Origin: a virus
Length of the DNA stretch: 39,585 bases
Reading direction: 5' to 3' (one strand)
IMG/VR virus record: IMGVR_UViG_3300008255_000055
Span: 1-39,585 of that record
Of this stretch, positions 34,172 to 39,585 are shown piece by piece. The translations under genes were made by a program, and so were the position numbers. The stretch's first letter is position 1. Each line of letters opens with the position of its first letter. The notes below the pieces were generated by a model. It ran no database searches, was not told the DNA's origin, and saw nothing but the letters and a program-made list of their open reading frames with translations.

Positions 34172-35902
34172 ATGAATATTTTAAAAATTATCCAGTCGGA
34201 ATTAACAAACTATGAAGGCAAATCAACAGAGATTTCTGAATCTGTTCATAGGTCTGCATATAAGCGAATTAAGCGTATTGCCTTTTTTGAAAATAAAGGT
34301 GGTGAAGATGATAAAATAGATGAACTAGGACAATACCAGTACTGGTTAGATCCAACAAAAGTACATATAGATTCAACTGTAAAAAATCTTAGAATAGATA
34401 CTAAGAACTTTTTGGCATTTTCTATTAATCCAGTTGATGATTATCCTGCAGTTTTCACGTTAAACGCTGCAATGAAAGAATACCTTTGGGATACATATCG
34501 TGATGAACAACTTAAAGATGATGTTGAGTATTATGTCGGATGGGGAAATGCTTTATGGGAAAAGATGCCTGATGGCTATCAATCTTGTGATCTATCAAAT
34601 ACGTATATAATTAACGAAACAGCTAAAACAGTCAATGATTCTCCTATTATAAGTCGTTATCAAATGACACAATCAGATCTTAAGGCTAAGGAAGGTATTT
34701 GGAATAATATTGATGCTGTTATTGCAGACTGTGGTAACAAAACATTTAGTGCTAAACGAAAAACAACTGAAGAAAATACCACAAATCCTATTTATGAAAT
34801 ATTTAAAAGAGATGGAGAAGTATCAGAAGCTGATCTATTTGAAGCTCAAGGTAAAAAAGGTGGAGATAAATATAAATTCATTCTAGCTAGAATAGTAACT
34901 GCTGGATTAAGTAAGGGTGAAAATATGGATAAAACATATATTCTATTTGCTGAACCATTTGGAGCTAAAAAGAAAATGTCAGACTTTTATAAAGAAGCTC
35001 ATCTTGGGCCATACAAAGGTACATGGCTTCGTGAAGGTATCTACGAAACATTTTTTGATTACATTATTGCTATTAAAGATATTGATAATCAAATCCAGGA
35101 AGGTTTAAATTGGGCAGGTACAGTTGTGTTTAAATCTTCTGATAACCAAACATTCCAAAACATAAGAACTGATATTGAGAATGGAAGGATTATAAAATCT
35201 AAAGATCTATCACAAGTAGATGTTAGATTACAAAACCTAGATCAATTAATTGCACGTAGAAATAATCTTATTGAAGAAATGGATAAGGTAGCTCATACGT
35301 TTGATATTATTCAGGGTGGAAATATGCCATCAGGAACTCCATTTGTTCTTGCAAATAGACTTGATGAAAATGCTGGTAAATACTTTATAGAAATAAGACA
35401 AAAAATTGCTATCGCTTATACCAAAATCTATAAAGAATGGGTATTACCTATAATTATAAAAGACATGAAAGCTAAGGATATAATTAGAATTACAGGTGAT
35501 GTTAAGATGCTAGATCAATTCAGGAAGCTTGCTGTAGATTCCTGGTATATAAATAACCTAGCAAAGATTGGCCCACATGATGCAACCATGAGAGAGCAAA
35601 TCAAAGCAGCTAAACTAGAAGAATTTATACAATTCAATCCTATGATTGAAAACATGAAGGAGATCTGGGATGGAGTATTAAACAGAATCTATATCACAAT
35701 CGTTGGAGAAAATTCAGATCTAGCAGATAACCTAGCAACAATATCTACATTGATTCAAATGGAACAAGATCCTATACGTAGAGCTAACTTACTGGATAGA
35801 GTTTATGCATTAAAGAACATCCCATTACCACCAGCTCCACAACCAATACAACAGCCAGTACAAAATAGCCCAAAGGTCGCAGAACAAGCACCAGCAGAAT
35901 AA
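34172..35902 (+). CDS. putative portal protein
   Basis: 576 aa, first gene of the late operon, with a Pro/Gln-rich tail. The call rests on size and position only. Confidence 0.45.
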   Translation: MNILKIIQSELTNYEGKSTEISESVHRSAYKRIKRIAFFENKGGEDDKIDELGQYQYWLDPTKVHIDSTVKNLRIDTKNFLAFSINPVDDYPAVFTLNAAMKEYLWDTYRDEQLKDDVEYYVGWGNALWEKMPDGYQSCDLSNTYIINETAKTVNDSPIISRYQMTQSDLKAKEGIWNNIDAVIADCGNKTFSAKRKTTEENTTNPIYEIFKRDGEVSEADLFEAQGKKGGDKYKFILARIVTAGLSKGENMDKTYILFAEPFGAKKKMSDFYKEAHLGPYKGTWLREGIYETFFDYIIAIKDIDNQIQEGLNWAGTVVFKSSDNQTFQNIRTDIENGRIIKSKDLSQVDVRLQNLDQLIARRNNLIEEMDKVAHTFDIIQGGNMPSGTPFVLANRLDENAGKYFIEIRQKIAIAYTKIYKEWVLPIIIKDMKAKDIIRITGDVKMLDQFRKLAVDSWYINNLAKIGPHDATMREQIKAAKLEEFIQFNPMIENMKEIWDGVLNRIYITIVGENSDLADNLATISTLIQMEQDPIRRANLLDRVYALKNIPLPPAPQPIQQPVQNSPKVAEQAPAE

Positions 35903-35903
35903 T

Positions 35904-36119
35904 ATGGTAATAATCAATCCTTTATTAAAGGAAAAATTAGAAAAAGAGTTATTGAAATCAGATCAAGACGACATATTACTTCCTGGAAAGCTACAGTATA
36001 AAAAGGAAATGGCAGACATGTTTGATGATATGACTAATCCTTTAAAGATAGAAGAAAGAAAGTTAAAAAAGAGACGTAGTGAGTTTAAAAAAAAGAATAT
36101 GGCGAAGGTCGGTCTCTAG
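35904..36119 (+). CDS. hypothetical protein (71 aa)
   Basis: ORF tightly packed against its neighbours; ends in TAG. Confidence 0.4.
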   Translation: MVIINPLLKEKLEKELLKSDQDDILLPGKLQYKKEMADMFDDMTNPLKIEERKLKKRRSEFKKKNMAKVGL

Positions 36120-36167
36120 TCGCTATATTCAAGAATTTATTAATAAAATTAAAAAAATATAAAAAAT

Positions 36168-36641
36168 ATGAAAATAAAACAAAGTAGAAGTGATTTTTAT
36201 GCATTATACAGAGCATTAAACGCATTAAGTAATTTAAGGGGTGTAAAGTTTGGGTTCAATATATCTAAAAACAAAGAAGCTATTAAACCAATGATTAATC
36301 AAATCAAAAAAGCTTCTGAATCTTCAGAGATATTTAATGCTTATGATAAAGAACGTGTAGAATTAAACGTTAAACATTCAGCTAAGGATGAAGCAGGTAA
36401 TCCAGTAATAGAAAACCAAAACTATAAAATAGAAAATAAGGAAGCATTTGATGCAGAGCTAAGTACACTAAAAGAAAAACATGCTCCAGCTATCAAAGAA
36501 AGAGAAGATCAAATAGCTAACATGGATAAATTCATGGCAGAAGAAATTGAGCTAGAACTTAAACCTATTGATCTATCAATCATTCCACAAGATATTACAG
36601 TCGGTCAAATGGAATCATTATCAGTCTTAATTGTTGATTAA
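36168..36641 (+). CDS. hypothetical protein (157 aa; DUF1617-like?)
   Basis: ORF with weak recollected similarity only. Confidence 0.3.
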   Translation: MKIKQSRSDFYALYRALNALSNLRGVKFGFNISKNKEAIKPMINQIKKASESSEIFNAYDKERVELNVKHSAKDEAGNPVIENQNYKIENKEAFDAELSTLKEKHAPAIKEREDQIANMDKFMAEEIELELKPIDLSIIPQDITVGQMESLSVLIVD

Positions 36642-36898
36642 TGGAACAGTTTGATCTAACAACATTATACGCAGGTAAAACAGGTGAACTCTTAAAGAGA
36701 CACCTGGAATTTACCATTTCAAAGTATGATAAGGTTTCTGATATAGAAGAAAAAGATCCAATAAAATTAGCTGTTATAGTTTTGGCAAGGCAAGATTCTA
36801 TAGCTATGATGAAGGATATATTAAAACTAACAGAACCAATTGAAAAGATTGAACCATTAAAAGATAAAACGAAACAACGATATGGTCTCCAAGATTAA
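36641..36898 (+). CDS. hypothetical protein (85 aa)
   Basis: ORF coupled by a TAATG-type overlap. Confidence 0.4.
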   Translation: MEQFDLTTLYAGKTGELLKRHLEFTISKYDKVSDIEEKDPIKLAVIVLARQDSIAMMKDILKLTEPIEKIEPLKDKTKQRYGLQD

Positions 36899-37178
36899 TA
36901 AGAAAAAAGCAAAAGAAAATGGCTTAGTATTATCTCCTATACTAGAAAAGAAGGTAGATGAGCTAGTAGAAGCTAAGAAAAAAGAGCTAAAACGCATGAA
37001 ATTAGCTGCAAAAATGAAGAAATTGTGCGATAAAGCTGATGGAATGTACGCTTTTATACTCTTTGATGCATCAACTAAGCCAATTCCAGGCGATTCAATG
37101 CAAGTATTTGATATGAAAGCTACATGGAGAAAGGTAAAAGATAACATTAAAACTCCTAGTGAGTTATTAAAAAAGTAA
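36882..37178 (+). CDS. hypothetical basic protein (98 aa)
   Basis: ORF overlapping the previous gene by 17 nt. Confidence 0.4.
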   Translation: MVSKINKKKAKENGLVLSPILEKKVDELVEAKKKELKRMKLAAKMKKLCDKADGMYAFILFDASTKPIPGDSMQVFDMKATWRKVKDNIKTPSELLKK

Positions 37179-37179
37179 T

Positions 37180-37647
37180 ATGGCAAGAACAGGAAGGCCA
37201 ACTAAATACAAGAAGTCTTATATCAAAAAAGTTGATGAGTATCTTTTACAATGCAAGGATGAAATAGAAAAAACTGCTAAGTATGAAGGATCACAAGGAT
37301 CAACAGAATATGATATAAGATTGACTGTTAAGCTTCCTACAATTGAAGGGTTTGCTATTTATTTAGGAGTTGTCGTGAGTACGCTTTATGAATGGAGAAA
37401 AGAACATGCAGACTTTTCAAAGGCTTTAGAGATGTTAAAAGATATTCAGAAGGAAAGACTTATAACACAAGGCCTTGCAGGAGTATATAATTCAACGATT
37501 GCTAGTCTTATTCTTTCATCTAATCATGGAATGACTAAAAAAACTGATGTCATGTCAGGTGGTGAGCCATTAAAAGGAAATACAATAGTCGTACGTGATT
37601 TCTCTAAGGAAGATGATGAAGAAAATGAAGAAGAAGATCAAGGCTAA
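37180..37647 (+). CDS. terminase small subunit
   Basis: MARTGRPTKY... plus HTH TIEGFAIYLGVVVSTLYEWRKEHADFSKAL, typical of TerS. Acidic C-terminal tail. Confidence 0.7.
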   Translation: MARTGRPTKYKKSYIKKVDEYLLQCKDEIEKTAKYEGSQGSTEYDIRLTVKLPTIEGFAIYLGVVVSTLYEWRKEHADFSKALEMLKDIQKERLITQGLAGVYNSTIASLILSSNHGMTKKTDVMSGGEPLKGNTIVVRDFSKEDDEENEEEDQG

Positions 37648-38005
37648 ACCAATATTTAAAACACTTGATGCAGGTATGTATCCGATTGATATTTTATTTA
37701 CTATCGGTACAACTGAAGCACAAGTTATAAAATATATTAGGAATAGATGTAAGTATGATCTTGATGATGAAGAATTAATACCAATCAATTTCAGGGGTAA
37801 GGGTGGCAAGACAATTAGATTTAAAAACAATGCCATCTTAGTTTGGGTAAAGAATCCAGGACTACCAGTTATAGGCCATGAGATATTTCATGTCGTGGAA
37901 TATGTTATGGATACTATCGGATCACCGATTAATAGTGATACTGGAGAACCTTGTGCTTATTTAACAGAGAACATTTGGAGACAAATAGTTCCTTTAATAA
38001 AATAA
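37595..38005 (+). CDS. small HExxH (zincin-like) protein between TerS and TerL
   Basis: Contains a GHEIFHVVEY motif. The start is ambiguous (several ATGs at 37595-37625 overlap TerS). Confidence 0.3.
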   Translation: MISLRKMMKKMKKKIKAKPIFKTLDAGMYPIDILFTIGTTEAQVIKYIRNRCKYDLDDEELIPINFRGKGGKTIRFKNNAILVWVKNPGLPVIGHEIFHVVEYVMDTIGSPINSDTGEPCAYLTENIWRQIVPLIK

Positions 38006-39321
38006 TGAAACAAATCGTGAACGCAAAATTTGCTCCAGCTTTTACACCTAATCCAAGAATTAGGTATATTATCTTTATGGGTGGGCGTGGAGCAGGGCGT
38101 TCAACAGCAGCATCACAGCTACTTACAGCTAAATTAGTTGATCCAACATATATGCGTGCAGCTATAATGCGTTCTGTGCATAGTGATATAAGACATTCAT
38201 GCTGGAGAGAGTTGAAAGATCGCTTTGAAGAACAGCGATTAATGAACCTATTAAATATAACCGATAATGATATGTCTGCTAAGTATGGAGAGAATAGCAT
38301 CCAGGCTCATGGATTTAGAGCATCTACATCATCACAGACAGCTAAGTTGAAGTCTTTGGCCCAATACAACGTTGTTTGGATTGAAGAAGCTGAAGAAGTT
38401 GGTGAAGATGAATTTATGACATTAGATGATTCGCTTCGTACCAAGAAGGGAGATATAATAATTATATTATCTCTTAACCCACCACCAAAGAATCATTGGA
38501 TAATTCAAAAATGGTTTGATTTAATTCCAGTAGATGGTGTTGAAGGATTTTATATACCAGTTCTTAAGAAAGATATGAATGATGTTTTATTTGTAAACAG
38601 TTCATATTTAGATAATTTATATAACCTAGATAAACATACAATCAAAAGATATTCAGAATATGAATTTACAAAGCCAGATTATTTTCATCATAAGATTCGT
38701 GGATATGTTCCTGAAACTGTTCGTGGAAGAATTTATAGTGGATGGAGATTGATTGATGAACTACCACATGAAGCAAGACTAGTAGCACGTGGCCTGGACT
38801 TCGGATGGTTTCCTGATCCATTATGTTTGGTAAATATCTACTATCACAATGGTGGATATATCTTAGATGAATTAGCTCATGGTACATTTATCAAAAACGA
38901 AAGCGTATCTACTAAAATAATTAATGATGGCCAGACAGCAGTTACATTTGCTGATTGTGCTGAACCAAAATCTATCCAGGAAATAGCAGATGATGGTGTA
39001 GATATTATGCCAGTAGAGAAAGGAAAAGATTCAGTTATTTATGGTATTAAAATTGTATCAGGATTAAGAATATCAGTTACAAAAAGAAGCAAGCATATAT
39101 GGGCATCTTATGAAAACTATGCATGGAAAGAAGATAAAGATGGTAATCCACTAGGAGTACCAAATCACTTTATGTCAGATCCTATGGATGCAGTTAGATA
39201 TGGCTTAGTTTCAATCATAGATACTGGAATAGATCCTGATAAGATGGAAAAAGAACAAATAGAAGTTTTGAAGAATAGAAACGATTATAAGAAGCAACAA
39301 AATAAGAAGGTCGGCTTATAA
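38005..39321 (+). CDS. terminase large subunit (PBSX / Terminase_3-like)
   Basis: Walker A FMGGRGAGRST, Walker B-like VVWIEEAEE, and a C-terminal nuclease region. The ATG at 38005 overlaps the upstream TAA; the ORF-track start at 37951 is less likely. Confidence 0.85.
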   Translation: MKQIVNAKFAPAFTPNPRIRYIIFMGGRGAGRSTAASQLLTAKLVDPTYMRAAIMRSVHSDIRHSCWRELKDRFEEQRLMNLLNITDNDMSAKYGENSIQAHGFRASTSSQTAKLKSLAQYNVVWIEEAEEVGEDEFMTLDDSLRTKKGDIIIILSLNPPPKNHWIIQKWFDLIPVDGVEGFYIPVLKKDMNDVLFVNSSYLDNLYNLDKHTIKRYSEYEFTKPDYFHHKIRGYVPETVRGRIYSGWRLIDELPHEARLVARGLDFGWFPDPLCLVNIYYHNGGYILDELAHGTFIKNESVSTKIINDGQTAVTFADCAEPKSIQEIADDGVDIMPVEKGKDSVIYGIKIVSGLRISVTKRSKHIWASYENYAWKEDKDGNPLGVPNHFMSDPMDAVRYGLVSIIDTGIDPDKMEKEQIEVLKNRNDYKKQQNKKVGL

Positions 39322-39346
39322 ATTTGTTGTATTGTTTTTTTTAAAA

Positions 39347-39355
39347 TGGTATAAT
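39347..39355 (+). promoter_or_regulatory. extended -10 promoter box TGgTATAAT, 8 nt upstream of the ATG at 39364 (leaderless-type)
   Basis: ttgttgtattg...aaaaTGGTATAATtatagtatATGG. Confidence 0.5.
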
Positions 39356-39363
39356 TATAGTAT

Positions 39364-39585
39364 ATGGAAAAGAAATATAAAGTTTTAAAAAAGTTTGATG
39401 GTTATAAAAAAGGAGACATCCTTGACATAACATCTTACACAGAAGAAGATCTTGTTGAGATGGTTGAAAAATCTTTGATTGAAGAAGTAATTGAAGATAC
39501 ACCTGATCTTGATGGAGAAGTAATTGAAGATACACCTGATCTTGATGGAGAAGTAATTGAAGATACACCTGATCTTGATGGAGAA
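39364..39585 (+). CDS. 5' part of the acidic tandem-repeat protein (continues at 120..329 after collapsing the overlap)
   Basis: ATG at 39364. Translation gives MEKKYKVLKKFDGYKKGDILDITSYTEEDLVEMVEKSLIEEVIEDTPDLDG..., open to the window end. Confidence 0.7.
   Translation, partial: MEKKYKVLKKFDGYKKGDILDITSYTEEDLVEMVEKSLIEEVIEDTPDLDGEVIEDTPDLDGEVIEDTPDLDGE
39467..39585 (+). repeat. 119-bp terminal overlap identical to 1..119 (circular contig closure)
   Basis: Base-by-base comparison: 20 nt of unique flank plus three 33-bp units. Confidence 0.9.

Noticed and set aside
1171-36119. Genome-wide TAG reassignment (amber recoding) as the explanation for the in-frame TAG
   Set aside because: TAG terminates the coat gene (2362-2364) and genes ending at 11340 (TAG followed directly by TAA), 32189 and 36119. 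What follows those stops is structured or non-coding-looking sequence. I found only one interrupted frame and no CUA-anticodon tRNA.
37951-38004. ORF-track N-terminal extensions (TerL from 37951, 31782 for gene 31899, 28185 TTG for gene 28227, 3198 for gene 3249, 31535 for gene 31559)
   Set aside because: Each extension overlaps the upstream gene. An ATG located right at or after the upstream stop gives the tight coupling seen throughout this genome.
39467-39585. The terminal 119-bp repeat as a biological direct terminal repeat (T7-like DTR)
   Set aside because: It lies inside a coding tandem repeat, and the gene reads through the junction in frame. This pattern fits assembly circularisation rather than genome ends.

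Overview
The window appears to be one complete, circularly closed phage genome. Bases 1-119 are identical to 39467-39585, giving a unit length of about 39,466 bp. The sequence is AT-rich (by eye about one third GC), and every credible gene lies on the + strand. No tail tube, sheath or tape-measure genes are visible, so the layout is podovirus-like.

Gene modules in order:
- Structural genes (446-19269): scaffold, P22-like coat, collagen-like tail fibre, a 1071-aa nozzle-like protein with beta-propeller repeats, and very large internal or ejected virion proteins.
- Lysis cassette (19292-20513): papain-like endolysin with a PG-binding domain, followed by a holin.
- A stand-alone promoter-gene-terminator cassette for a secreted Rpf/transglycosylase-like protein (20749-21281).
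- Three tRNAs (21378-21598).
- Early, replication and recombination module (21922-34015): metallophosphoesterase, NTP-PPase-like protein, HNH, NinG-like, replisome organizer, C5 cytosine methyltransferase, a second Rpf-like protein, RecT, YqaJ exonuclease, SSB, NinB-like, and many small Zn-ribbon or TM proteins.
- Packaging module (34172-39321): portal candidate, TerS, and a PBSX-type TerL.

I saw no integrase, repressor, reverse transcriptase, CRISPR array, DNA polymerase or RNA polymerase.

Most notable observations:
1. The two giant ORFs 12862-15621 and 15970-19269 form one continuous 2,135-codon frame broken by a single in-frame TAG. The 116 codons after the TAG contain no ATG, GTG or TTG. 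No amber-suppressor tRNA is encoded.
2. An acidic protein with four nucleotide-perfect 33-bp repeats sits in its own promoter-terminator cassette across the contig junction.
3. CCWGG pentamers look about 2.5-fold over-represented, often built as NNC-CAG-GNN, and the genome encodes an orphan Dcm-like methyltransferase.
4. Shine-Dalgarno motifs are nearly absent, and several operon-first genes have a TATAAT box only 7-8 nt before the ATG (leaderless-type).
5. Two paralogous Rpf-like muralytic proteins carry signal or TM segments.
6. GC-rich alternative-pairing RNA elements and a pseudoknot-capable element occupy key intergenic regions.

All functional calls come from motif recognition by eye and need HMM or structure searches.
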